DNA of 63,359 nucleotides, the filler included, from Sphacelaria rigidula (taxonomy: Eukaryota): NCBI GenBank assembly GCA_964200075.2. It is 5 parts of 5 records of this genome, joined end to end, with 100 filler letters (N's around TTAATTAATTAA, not from the genome) between each part and the next. Parts side by side here need not be neighbours in the genome. Positions count along the whole stretch, not along the records: positions 12,695 to 25,287 come from CAXNAA020003590.1; 4 more parts are not named here. The stretch is one strand, 5' to 3'. The position numbers and the translations under genes were made by a program. The notes under the pieces are model-generated. The model made no database searches. It had not been told where the DNA came from and saw only the letters and a list, made by a program, of their open reading frames with translations. Position 1 is the first letter of the stretch, and the number at the start of each line of letters is the position of its first letter. Below, one piece after another: positions 12,595 to 24,290 of this stretch.

Positions 12595-12694
12595 NNNNNN
12601 NNNNNNNNNNNNNNNNNNNNNNNNNNNNNNNNNNNNNNTTAATTAATTAANNNNNNNNNNNNNNNNNNNNNNNNNNNNNNNNNNNNNNNNNNNN
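12595..12694. other. Artificial contig spacer
   Basis: N44-TTAATTAATTAA-N44; the 12-mer has stops in all six frames. Confidence 0.98.
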
Positions 12695-13279
12695 TATGCC
12701 ACTTCAGCCCCATATTTTGTATGAACCCCAAAATATAAAATCGGCTGTTAAATGCTGTTTATTGTATACTGTGCTTGATTTGGATGCTCTGACAGTGCAA
12801 GCTTGACGAGAACAAAATGTACACCCCTACCGTGGAACCACTCGGAATAAATATACGTACTTCATGCTCGATGTGCCAGGCTGCTACAGTCAACCTCCTG
12901 TACGGCCTTGTGAACATGCATTGTACCCGGGCCATACAGGCTAGCAGGTGGGGAATGCTGAGTTCTGTTTTCTTGTATTACACTTGATCCGGATCTTACG
13001 GGTGCGGGAAACTGTTTCTGGTGTACTAGATTCGGATTCCACGGGTAAGGGGTGGCTTCTGGTATACATGAGAGTGAAATCGCGCGGGTCGATGACAAGC
13101 TGCTTTGGTCGCCTGAGCCTAGTTATATAAATGACAACCATGTGGTGTTGTACAGATGGCACAGTTCTGCAGATCAGTTGTACATGAAAGTGTGTGTGAA
13201 GCGGGTCGTACAGCTTGTCGCTGGGCTAATATGTACGCTTAAAGCGGGTCCTACAGATCACCATCGGACGAGCGTGCAC

Positions 13280-13837
13280 GGGTGACAGCACACCTCGGAC
13301 AGATCACGATCTATGCTCCAAATGAGCTTGTCCGGATCTGTCACGAGCTGATCTTTCGCACGCGTGATCTGCTTCCTCTTCCACTCGACTACTGGTGTGT
13401 ATCTTCCTCCTTTCTAGCAGGTCCAGGTCCTCCACCCAAAACCGCGGTTTCAGTTTTTTCGCCGGGTCCATTGGGCCATGCAGATATGTTTTCATCCCTA
13501 TCTCCTCTCTCAACCCCCCGTGTGTCTTCAGGTGCTCTTTTTCGTCTACTTTTGGTCTTCCGCTTATTTTCCCTTCTTTCTATCTTGTCTCTTACTCTGG
13601 TCTTATACCCGCCACATTTGCCTATGAACATTATCTCGTCGTGGTTTCCTCCTATGCCCTTCCATAGTTACCCGACTACGCTATATCCTACCGTATTCCA
13701 GCCTGCCCTTTCGTCGTTTTCTTCCGTAGGGCCCAATCAACTATGGCTGACAATATGTTTTTGAACATGCTCTTCACGCTATATTGTCATTTCAATTTTC
13801 TCGTATCTCTATTTATTTGAAGTGGGTACGATCCCAA
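13280..13837 (-). pseudogene. LINE ORF2 C-terminal fragment (3' part, interrupted by Copia)
   Basis: Degenerate translation LGSYPLQINRDTRKLK*QY...GGYKTRVRDKIE...GMKTYLHGPMDPAKKLK.RF.V.DLDL.ERRK resembles brown-algal non-LTR ORF2 ends (from recall). Continues the frame from 20787-21005. Confidence 0.75.
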
Positions 13838-13871
13838 AGTAAAGATGTCACATAAGCTGATTCAAAAACTA

Positions 13872-14195
13872 TGTTGGACAAGCGTCGCTTGGATTTCTTT
13901 GACGTGATCGCTAGAGTTGGCGCGATGGCGGTTAAGCCAAGCAAGCAGACGGGCTGCTTTAAAGTGTAGACAGAAGACAGTGTTCAAGGTGCCGCTTGCG
14001 GGCAAGACAGTCCGAATAACCCACCGTGTTAAACGGTCAACCGAGAAGAGTAACAAGAACCCGACTACTGCTACGCTCCATATTAGACCAAACTATCATA
14101 AGCAGTACCGGCAATCCACACGATGCCTCCACACATATTCAATATACCTTACGAAGCGTTGACGAGAATAAGCTCCACAGCCTCATTTTCTAACA
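13872..14195 (-). repeat. Copia 3' LTR
   Basis: TGTTGG...CTAACA. On the minus strand it is preceded by the polypurine tract GAGGGAGGG (14196-14204). Confidence 0.92.
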
Positions 14196-14336
14196 CCCTC
14201 CCTCAACGCAAGTACAAGTCTTACTCCCTTACACCCCCCTAAATGCAAATACATACTAGTTCCAACCACCCAGCTCAGTACAACCGTCCCGGCCCTCAAG
14301 GACGGAATACGAATGAGTCCCACAGCCAGACTGAAC

Positions 14337-16240
14337 TCAGATTTTGAATGTGTTGATCAGCCTGACGAGATGGCAGTGCCCGTGTTTGCTGAGGTACCTG
14401 GTCCCCATGTCGGCGAGTTGTTCTTCGGTCTTAAGGTAACGAATGTCGATCCTTCCCTCCTTGACTAATCCTTGGATGAAGAAGTACCGTGGAGCTACGT
14501 GCTTGACTCTCGAGCTGTAGGTTTGGTTGCCTGCGACGGGGGGAGTTGAAATGTTGTCAATGTAGACGAGGACGGAGTCGAAGCGTGTGCCAAATCCCAT
14601 CTCCCGCATCATGTTCGAGAAAAATATGGCCTCCTTCATGGTGAGTGCAGCGGCCACGAGTTTTGCTTCCATAGTCGATTGCGCCGTCAATTCTTGTCGT
14701 CCTACCTTGAAACTGATGAGGCCACTCGAGAGAAAGATAAGGTATGATGATGTTATTTTCCATTGTCCGGGTTGTTGCCCCAGTTCGCATCTGAGAAAGC
14801 CGTCAATTGGAAACCGCCCTGGTTGTAGGGGATGCCGTGGTCCGTAGTGCCGGCCAAATATCGAAGAAAGTGTTTTGCGGCTGCCATGCGCGCCTTTTTC
14901 GGTTTTGGACATCATTCGCGCCAGTTGATTCACGGCGTATCCAATCTCGTAGCGAGTCACCTGTGCGAGAGCAATGCTACGATGTGGGTTGCACTTTTTG
15001 TTTCTGGGTCTCTTTTTTGTAGGAGCCCAAATATATGGAGCTTACTCTGCAACCCAAATCTCCAGGGACCGGATATGGAGAGTCACGCAGGGGCCTTTTC
15101 GTGAATCGGGACCCTTTGCCAATTTTCAAAATGACCCGTCCAACACCCCGATAAACATTTTCCCTGAAAAAGTGCCACCCCTACCATAGCATCACTCGCA
15201 AGGTACATAACACTGCCTGTGATGGGCTGGAAACGCTGTTTGTCCTCCTCGTTTAGCAGCTTATCCTCCGGCTGGTCGAGTGCACGGCGGGTTGCAGTTC
15301 GCCATCCCGTATCGTTCCAGGAGAGGCTTGGTGTAATTTTTCTGGCTGCTGTTGACTGTCTTGCTATTACGATCACGAACAACCTCCATTCCCAGCACTA
15401 ACGACACATCTCCCATGTCGGTCATCGAAAAGCGTCCCATTAGTTCCTGCTTGATTTGTTGAAACACTTTAAAGTGTTTCCCGAGCAGTAGAACATCGTC
15501 GACGTACAAAACCAAGATCTAGACATCGTCGACGTACAGAGTCAAGATCCAAACATCGCTGCCTCCTGGTAGATGTCCACACAAGGGTCCGACTTAAGGC
15601 TCTTGAACCCAATCTCCGCCAAGTGTGTATCAACCGTAGCCTACCAGCAGCTTGGACTTCAACGGAGACCGCAAGGGCTTTTGTGAAGCCGCATTGCCAT
15701 TTGAGTTCCATTGGCGTCAAACTCCTCGTATCCGGGCGCCATTTTGACGTACACCTCTTCCTCGAGTTCGGCGTTCAGGAAGGCGGCGTTTTAGTCAAAT
15801 TGCCACCACTCCAAGTCGCACTGCGCCGCTACAGCCAACAGCATGCGAATGCTCTGAATCCTGCAAACCGGTGCGAAAGTGCTGTCGTAGCCGACGCCGG
15901 GAACTTGTCCCCAACCTTGCACGACGACTCGGGCCTTGTACGAGAGATCCGCTTTCTTCTTGTACACCCATCGAGATCCGATTCACCTGTGTCCCGTTGG
16001 AACCGAGTCCGACGGCACGAGAGTATACGCGTCGTTCTTTCTGAGGCTATCCATCTCCTTGTCTGAAGCCGCCTTGCACCTTTCCTTTACGGGGAGTTCA
16101 TTTTCGGGGAGGCTCATGGCCGCATTGAACGTGTTTGGGATTCTTTCGGTTGTCTCCCCCACCGAACAACTCGAGAGGCTGGTCGTTGTGTAGGCATACT
16201 TCACGACTGATTCTGCCCCAAAACGTCTGATGTGTGACAT
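14337..16240 (-). pseudogene. Copia reverse transcriptase / RNase H, frameshifted
   Basis: ORF fragments: EMDSLRKNDAYTLVP, VLYVDDVLLLG..FSMTDMGDVSLVLGMEV, GSVMYLAQVTRYEIGYAVNQL, RNase H end. Confidence 0.9.
14969..15197. mobile_element. MITE with GAG...CTC termini and 4-bp TSD (Sola2-like), inserted in Copia RT
   Basis: TIR GAGCAATGCTACGATGTGGG / CCCCTACCATAGCATCACTC. TSD GCGA/GCAA. Excision restores MYLA|QVTR. Confidence 0.8.
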
Positions 16241-18871
16241 CTAGTAGGAGCGCGCTGGTGTGTATTTGCAGTCGTTGTACGTCGAAGAGCACTTTGTCGT
16301 CCACAGTCGCTGCAAGGTGCGCTGAAGCTGGGCTGTTGTTGTTGCCGTTGCGTCCCCTGAAGGAGCGCGCTGAAATACCTGCGCGCGTCACGGCAGGGGT
16401 TACTTGATGGTGAGAGTGTCGAGGGCGGTTGAGCGGTGGTGAATCGGCTTCGTCCTGTGAAGGAGTTGCAGTTTGTCCCAGCGGCACACGGCTCCCGGGT
16501 AATGTTGTTGGCGACATCTCTTCACGAGGTGTGTCATCGTCGTGCAGCATGTCCTGCTTGGTGATAGCGCTGGCTCTCTCCAGAAGCTCGGCCACCTGTG
16601 GATCGTTAGAGACCCCGCTGGCCGTGACATGATCGGCAGAGGCATGAACTGGTTGAGCTAGTACGGAGGTGTGGTCGCGAAGATCACGGAATAGGTTGCG
16701 TCCGATGGCATAATCGTGGCCCTCTCTGTTGCTGAACGCTTCGTCTCCAAGTAAAGATGGGTATATCTGAAGTTGTGGCTCTCCCGTCTGTGTAAGTTGT
16801 GACGGCGTCTCGATGAAGACAACGTTCCTACTCCCCGTGATACGTCGGGTGGCCGGGTTGTAGACTCGGTAGCTCTTGATGTCATCACTGCACCCAACTA
16901 GTCGTCCTTCAACTGCTTTGAGAGCGAGTTTCGGAGTGTGCCGCTCGATATGAACGTAAGCCCTGACTCCGACAACTGGAAGGTGTCGGAGATCCGGTTC
17001 TGTCCCCTTTAGCATTTCATGAGAGGACTGCATGTCGGGCGCGGAATACGGTGATCTGAGTGATGCTGCGGCAGGGGAAATATTTTCCGAGTTCAGAATT
17101 GTTGGGAGCCCTTTATTTCATCCGGAACACGACTCATGAATTATATGAGAGTACGCCAGAATCCCCATTCCAATGTGCTAGCGATATCCCGAATGGATTT
17201 GCAAACAGGGATTCCCTGACCCATATTCTTGTGCATCTAGAATTGTGACGAGCCCCTGAACAGGGTAAGATTTTGCGCACAAAGTACACCCCTACCGTAG
17301 CATTGCTCATCTGTTCGCAAGGGAGGTCGCTGTAAACATCAATTCCCTCCAGAGAAAGGTCGGTAAACTGCTGTCGGCAAACATGCACCGGACCATGGCT
17401 GCAAGCGTCCTCACTACGCGTTCTGATAGACCGATTCGTTGTGGTGTATTGGTGCCCGCAAACTCTAACAATATGCCCGTCTGCAGGCAGTACGTTCTGA
17501 AATCGTTGCCAATAATCTCACCCCCTTTGTCTGCCCTTAGGCGTTCGACCCGAACGCCGCCCAGGAATCACCAGTGACTGTATGAAGGACTGGAATGCGT
17601 AAAGTGCGCCGTCCTTGGGATTTTGGGAGGTGAATCTCCGCCCATCTGGTATACTCGTCGGAAACTTTGCAGACTTACTCGAAGCATCCGAGCGCCTCCG
17701 TCATAATCGATCCCATCAAATATGTCATGATCAGTTGTAAGGTGTGTTGCACTGTGTTGTTGGCTGTCTTTGGGTGGGCTAGTTGATGGCTTTTCCCAAC
17801 AGCACAAATATCACAGTCCGAGACGGCTCCATCGAAGTCCACTCCGTTGCTTTCGACGGTTATAAGAAGCTTCAACTAATGCTGTCCAAGTGTCCAATCT
17901 GCCGGTGCCACAGTGTGGTGGCGTCTGCAGCTTGCATAGCCAGTTGCCGCGGATTGGTTCCGGAGAAAAGAAGTACAGGTCGCTGTCCATCTCCTGGAGC
18001 GGGACGATGAAGTTGTTTGTTTCTAGTCTTGGGTTTTTCATCTCGAAAATAGATATCAATCCATTTCGTGTCGCTTGTTTAGTGGAGAACAGTTCCGTCC
18101 CAAGCCAGGCACTGCCAAACACGAAATCTGGACCAGGCGTTTGACCCCTTCGTCGTCTTTGATGTGTCCGCGGAGCAGTCCCTTACCAACCCCTGCCAGT
18201 TGGTGCCCCCATGCGGTGGTGATCTTACGCAAGATCGCCAGTTCCTGGTGGTTGTAGAGATTATATCGTAGCCCCGGTATGAGGGTATCGTCAAAGTAAT
18301 ACCCCGACGCGCCACTGTCTACCATGGCACTGACAGATCTATTGCTGCCCTCCTTCCACATATCGAGAGCGGATCTCGCCGCGAGAGCCGACCCATCATC
18401 AGCGTCGGTGATACTGCCAAATGTTTCAGCGTTGCCGTCGAGGGTCGACGTGGCACGGCGATATAATGAGTTTCCAAACATCAACCAGACGTGGTGAAAC
18501 ACGGCTATTATGACCAACGCGCGGACTAGTGGGGAAAGTGCCTCCTTGATTCCCCACAATGTGTTTTGAGCTCTGCGCCCGAACTCCAGACACTTGGCCG
18601 CCTCGGCCCCGTCGGCCCCTTCGAAGGCGCCGAAGAGTCCGCTGCTGTCAAATGAAGCAATGGGTTTGTTTGTTTGAGAGAAAGGCCAAAGGTTGTCCGC
18701 TTCTGGTGGATTTAGTGTTCTGGGCGCTTCTAACGCATCAAAGGAGGTGGTCGGAGGCTGCTCCCTTGCACCGGTGACTGGTGGGTAACCTAACCACTGC
18801 GCGAGAGTTTCTGCCTGCTGGTTGCGCCGTTGCGAGAAAGGGCGCTCTTCGTCGCTGTGGGTTGTCGTCAT
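16098..18871 (-). pseudogene. Copia protease-integrase region, frameshifted
   Basis: AMVDSGASGYYF, GAG-pre-integrase HHCC, integrase core, and SH3-like RAYVHIE..KAVEGRLVG..YRVYNP..SRNVVFIE. Confidence 0.88.
17058..17308. mobile_element. MITE with GAG...CTC termini and 4-bp TSD (Sola2-like), inserted in Copia integrase
   Basis: TIR GAGTGATGCTGCGGCAGGGG / CCCCTACCGTAGCATTGCTC. Perfect TSD ATCT. Excision restores LANR|SPYS. Confidence 0.82.
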
Positions 18872-18939
18872 GTGGAAGGAGCACCACTTGCCGTCTGTCC
18901 CTTTTTCCTCGTCTCCCCCTGTCAGTACTTGGGCCGCGT

Positions 18940-19800
18940 TTCGAGCGGGGCAATTTCTTTTAACGTGGCCTCACTTTCCGCAGCGGAAGCATGGTATGTG
19001 GTTCCTTCTGTATCACTACTTCCACTGGACTACATGGCGACCCCGCGGCCTGCGACCAAATTGATGACATCTGGGCGTGAGAGATAGTCGGTATACATGG
19101 TGATGACCATGTATCGGACATGCGTTAAATACAACATTGCGCCTCTCGCAGCTAGAAACACGAACCCTTTCGTACTCGGCGGGCAGGGCTCGGAGGATGA
19201 TGTCCTCGTATCGTTCGTCGGGTGCAGATTGTCCCATTTCCTCTAGGCCGTCGCGGTAGCCGTCCATGACAAACAGGAAGTCTTTTGGGTCATCCCTGGA
19301 CTGCACCATCGTAGGATGAAGTTTGTCATGAAACTCCTTCCGTGCCTCTTTGCTGTTGCCGTCATATTCGTCATGCAGCGCTGCCCACGCTGCTTGTCCG
19401 TTCCCGACCCCATCCTGTTGGGTTTTCCCCATATAAAGTCTGACGATATTTTTTGCAGATTTTTCGGTGCTGAAAATCAGGATACTAAACACGTCGATAT
19501 TGGAACGATCCTACGCCACTGAAGCTGTCGTATCGCGGGGCGGTTGGTCATCATTAGTCATGATGGATCCGGGTCTCTGCCGTTCCTGCGGGATTTCTGC
19601 GGCCGCATTGCGTTGGAGGGGAGAGGATCACCCGGAGTTTGTCTTTATATTCCCGGAAGCTACCCTTGTCTCTGCCATCGAATTTCGGACAAACCTTCAG
19701 TACCCCTCGAATATCCCCATTGTCCGCCATGTGAACCCTGTTCGTCGCTCTACTCCAACTTCACGAGTATAGATGAAGGGTGTTCAAGGGTGTCCAAGTA
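18940..19800 (-). pseudogene. Copia gag
   Basis: GQAAWAALHDEYDG..DDPKDF..EDIILRALPAEYE (UBN2-type gag) and CCHC knuckle with an in-frame stop. Confidence 0.85.
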
Positions 19801-20461
19801 TATTTCCCCCACCACACAATCGGCTTCGCTCACCGCCGCTTGACTTGTCGGCAGCGAAAAAAACGAATGCAGATGAAGAGCATCCGGAATAGTCTCCCAC
19901 GGCAGCAGCGTCCTCCCGCAATGCCGCTTGACTTGAGCTGCCGGACAGTTACAGATATAATACCGATATACAGCATGTTGCTGTTGGGCTCACGACTGCG
20001 CACTCGAATGGTAGACACGTGCATTTTTTTCCCGAAAGAATGATCCGACTACTGACTGTTTTCCCAGATCAACCGTGGTGTTGGGCGCGCTGTTGTCGAT
20101 TCGCCTTTCAAAAATGGACCACACACCCTACTCGGTTCAAGTTGTCGTACCCTGTTGTAGCGCTAAACGAGAATAGATGCGTGCCGTCGCAGTTGCAGGG
20201 TTATTACTGGATTCAGCTACGCTTGTCCCGCTTTTTTAAAAATTACGTATGTTCATGCTGCGGTGATACCATGTGCGCACAGGGAAAGTGCCGTCCTCAC
20301 TTCGTGACACACTGCTGTAGTGCCAGACGCGCACAGGTGTAGTGCCGTCTTTACCTTGACTCAACTCACGTTGATTTGCAGAAAATATCTATCCTTATTG
20401 CTGCTGTCTTTCCTTCCTTCCAAGGTCCGATCCGTAGACGCCAATGACGAGGCTCATTGCC

Positions 20462-20786
20462 CGTTGGCAAAGGTGTCGCTTGGACCCCCTTGACGTGATT
20501 GCTAGAGTTGGCGCGATGGCGGTTAAGCCAAGCAAGCAGACGGGCTGCTGCGAAGTGTTGACAAAAGGTAGCGTTCAAGGTGCCGCTTGCGGGCAAGACA
20601 GTCCAAACAACCCACTGTGTCGAACGGTCAACCGAGAAGAGTAAGAAGAACCCGACTACTGCTACGCTCCATATTAGACCAAACTGTCGTAAGCAGTACC
20701 GGCGATCCACGCAACACCTCCATACAAATTCAATATACCTTAGGAAGCGTTGACGAGAATAAGCCCAACAGCCTCATTTTCTGACA
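20462..20786 (-). repeat. Copia 5' LTR
   Basis: Direct repeat of 13872-14195 (roughly 10-13% diverged by eye). On the minus strand it is followed by the PBS-like GGCAATGAGCC. Confidence 0.92.
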
Positions 20787-21005
20787 CCCAACTATTCCCT
20801 CAATGCTGTACACATACTCGTCGTTTTTGAGCACCCAAGTACTTTCGTAGCTGCTGTCATCTGTATCGTTTCCAGCTTCGCCACGAACTTCGCGTTTCCC
20901 TCCCATAAGTCTCGTGCATATCTCAGCTGCGGCACAATCACCTTCATCAGAATGCATCCTAGAGTGCAGGTGCGAATCTATTAGGATCACGTTCATCTTG
21001 CCTAT
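20787..21005 (-). pseudogene. LINE ORF2 fragment (5' part, interrupted by Copia)
   Basis: CILMKVIVPQLRYARDLWEGNAKFVAKLETIQMTAATKVLGCSKTT..ALRE*LG, typical of the post-RT thumb region of LINE ORF2. Confidence 0.78.
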
Positions 21006-22555
21006 CTGTGCTTACCCTTTTCTATTACTCTATTTTTGTGTGCATCCCGAGAACAGTGACCAGTGACCACGCATCCCTTTCGAGACGGAGCAAGGTGGGG
21101 GGTGGGGGGGAGCGAGTGCCCGCGGTTCTTCTGTTCGGTAATTTTGTCTTGACTGTGCTTCGGATTAGTCCACACATTGTTTCCCCCTTGCCACTGGAGT
21201 TATCGAGACGGGTAGTGGTATCGCGCCTTGTTGCCGTGCTTCTTTAGTGTGCTGTGTTGAGGGCCTATCTGCACGTCTTCGTGGTGGAGGTTTGAGAGGA
21301 TGAACGAACAAGCTGGCCTGGAGGGGAGTGGATACTTCCCCTGGTTGACTGATTGAGTTGACTCTTTATTGATTGATGATATTATGATTTGACGCAGGGT
21401 GACTTCCCCTTTTTCGAGCTGTTCTTTGACCCAGTCAACGATCTCACTCGGTTCTGTGAAGCTTCTGCAAAAGCCCGTTTGCTTGTGGTAGGAATCTGTG
21501 CAAGGCATGTCAAACCGACATCTACACACTTTGTAGAAAAGCATAGTAGAGCAGTCGCCGAGCTGTTACGTTGACCTCGGAGACAAGCTCTTAAGGTCGG
21601 AACCGTGAAGCAGCTGCGACTACTTATTCAGCACAGCGCTTTTTTGCTCTTCTGCAAAGCACGATAAGGACCAAAAACACGTGCTTTTCAACATAATGCA
21701 AGATTTGGTAGAAGCGAGCACTGGTTTCCTTCCTTCGGTTTGGCGTCTCGATCGATTTGCGTGCTCTGAAAAAGGAGTTGCTCAATGAGCGGAAGGCTGC
21801 CGTATCAGGAGGGACAGAGTTACGGAAGGCGAAATGTGTGTACAGAAAGCAGATGGCCATGCTGGAGCATCGGATGCGACAACTCGACAAGGTGGGCACA
21901 GTACCTTACGGGTTGACCGGGTCCTACCGGTACCCCCAAAACTAGCACTCAAAGTACCCTCCAGTACCAGTAATGGCGGTCAGCAAATACATTGGCGACT
22001 CGCCAGTGAAATGCTGTGTTGGATTCGGGTTCGAAAATATGTTTGAGGCATTAGGTCCAGGAGGCTTGCATTATCGTGCAACTTCCATGTGGGATATGAT
22101 ATCCACCTTGGATATCGATGTGGGATATACTATCCAGGTGGGATATATGCTTGTGGGATATGATATCCACATGACATATCCACATCCATCTAGGATATTC
22201 ACCGGGGATACCCATCTGGGAGATAGATATCCATGTGATATACAGATTCACATTTGGTAGAACGATAGGAATTCCAAATCCATCTGGGATACAGTCTGGT
22301 TCACGCAATAGACCCAAAATTCTATCATCAGCAAATGCCTTCCGCAATACGCACCCGCTAGTCGCACGCATGGTATCATACTGACCGCAATGAACAGGTG
22401 AAGAGGGCGACATAGCCGGATTTTTGTTCAAGGCTATAGCGGTGGCGCTATTGACAAAAATGTGTCTGGACCAATCTGCACCTTTCAAATTGTTCTGGAA
22501 TTGAAAATACGAATTTCAAGCCCGATTTCCACCGAATCTCCACATGCTTCCAATC

Positions 22556-23038
22556 TGTGACCGTTTAAGAGACAACCAACTAGACTACTGACCAGTCAGC
22601 GCTGACTGGTCAGTAGTCTAGTTGGTTTTTCCTCAAAGCGTCACAAAAGTTAGTCGTGGAGGTTTGATCCCCGTGACTTTCACTCCGAGGAGGGTGACTC
22701 CCCTTGCCAGCGTTCTATCGACTGCCATCAAGACCTCTAGTGTTATCATTCTCACCGTACCCTTGACTTACTCGTCTCCCCTACTCATTCCAAGAGTGTG
22801 TACAATGGGGTACTTAGCAGTACACTCCAAACATAGCAACCAGGCTATAACCCACCCTTCTTTTGGGCCATTTTTTTACAGAGGTTTTCTCTCCTCTTTT
22901 TCCTTCAAAAAGAGTGCGTCCGACAGGAATCCAACCAGCACCTACGTTCGTGACGGTCCAAGAGACAACCAAATAGACTACTGACCAGTCAGCGCTGACT
23001 GGTCAGTAGTCAACTTGGTTGTCTCTTAAACCGTCACA
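22556..23038. mobile_element. 483-bp non-autonomous element with TGT...ACA ends, 4-bp TSD and palindromic ~90-bp terminal repeats
   Basis: AATC|TGTGAC...GTCACA|AATC. Terminal units 22556-22645 and 22949-23038 are each self-complementary around AGC|GCT. Confidence 0.85.
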
Positions 23039-23539
23039 AATCGTAGTAGCCGTCATCAGCTCGGGAATCTAAGGGGAGAAACCTATTCGAAAAAGTTTCA
23101 TCGGGCGCGAATTATGCCCAAAATCGTAATGTTTCCGTGACGTGAAGTTTTGGCGTCGTCTAATTTCTAGTCATGATACGTACGAAAGATCCAGGAAGCC
23201 TCGTGACGATTTCCCTTACATCTGCTGTAGTAAAGCTCAGATCATCAGTTCCGCAGGTACTGATGGTTCAAATGGGAAAAATATATACTCTTGGCAAGAT
23301 TTCAAATTTTCTCCGTTTTCTACCGTATTCCGGGGGTCCCAGTAATAAGACCCCCGGAAGGCGGTACAGAATACCTCAACAGAAAAAAAGAACAACATAA
23401 TGCGTCCTGGGATAGTTCAAGGAACATCTGTACAACGTTCGGTCGAGAAACGCGAAAATCTCATACAGGTTTTCTTGCCTTGACGTGAAATTCACCCCGA
23501 AAGAATGATTTCATACGAAAACCAAGTAGTTAGGAGTTC

Positions 23540-24290
23540 GCACGCTTCAAGCTCACGTTTTCGCACAAACGCGCAAACCTTCACGCAGTTATTAGGAGCT
23601 AGACCCTGAAACTTTGCACAAATATGGTATGGGTCATGACGCAAGTTTCGATCGACAGGGTTTTCCTACTTCTTGATTTTTTTACCGTTTTTCGGGGGTT
23701 CGACGGGATCTAAGTCGTTGTTTCGAAGTCGTCTCCGTTTTGGGACCTCGAAAAACCGGTACTACGATATATTTTTTTCACTTTTTTCGCAAGCACCCTG
23801 TCGCCGCAAAATTCAAGGAAGAGCCTCACAAAGTATCGTGGCCAAACTTGATTAACCGATGCTCGAATTTTCATGTTCACGTCAAAGAAGGCCCAAAACC
23901 GCCACTTTTATACTAAAATCTAGTACTCTGCGGTTTCACCGTGGCACGGCAAGGTTCATCGCACAAACGCAAAAAACTTCACGCCACTTCAAGAAGTGAG
24001 ACCCTGACATTTCACAAATGTGCTATGGGTAAGAACGCAAGTTTGGACGAACGAGTTTTTTTCAACTTTTTTACCGTTTCACGGGGATTCGATTGGATCG
24101 AAGTTTCCCCCCAAAACCCGTGACCCCCGAAAAACGGTGAAAACAGTGAGAGAAGTTAAAGTACCTCGCCCTTCGAAAGTTGCGCCATGACTCATAGCAC
24201 ATGTGTGCAAATTTTCAGGGTCTAACTCCTTGAAACGGCGTGAAGTTTTGCCGATGAGTGTTTTCAGGTCTTTTTCGTGAACCGGCCTGT
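23540..24290. repeat. Direct and inverted ~110-bp subrepeats of an unclassified non-autonomous element
   Basis: CGCACAAACGC..CTTCACGC..AGACCCTGA..ACAAAT..CTATGGGT at ~23562 and ~23960, inverted at ~24190-24260. Confidence 0.6.

Larger units (their letters stand above)
13872..20786 (-). mobile_element. Full-length degenerate Ty1/Copia LTR retrotransposon (~6.9 kb)
   Basis: Two ~325-bp LTRs, PPT and PBS. Domain order gag (UBN2-like, CFRCGK*GHVKRNC), protease (VDSGAS), pre-integrase (WHRQIGH..CDIC), integrase (TPQRIGLSER), SH3, RT (LYVDD), RNase H (AQSTMEA..VKHV..QLADMGT). Many stops and frameshifts. Confidence 0.95.

Noticed and set aside
12556-12843. GAG...CTC MITE ends across the first spacer
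   Set aside because: Flanks TGCC vs GGAA do not match, so these are two different insertions.
22646-22948. Hammerhead ribozyme / retrozyme or TRIM core between the palindromes
   Set aside because: No CUGAnGA...GAAA core and no PBS/PPT found on either strand.
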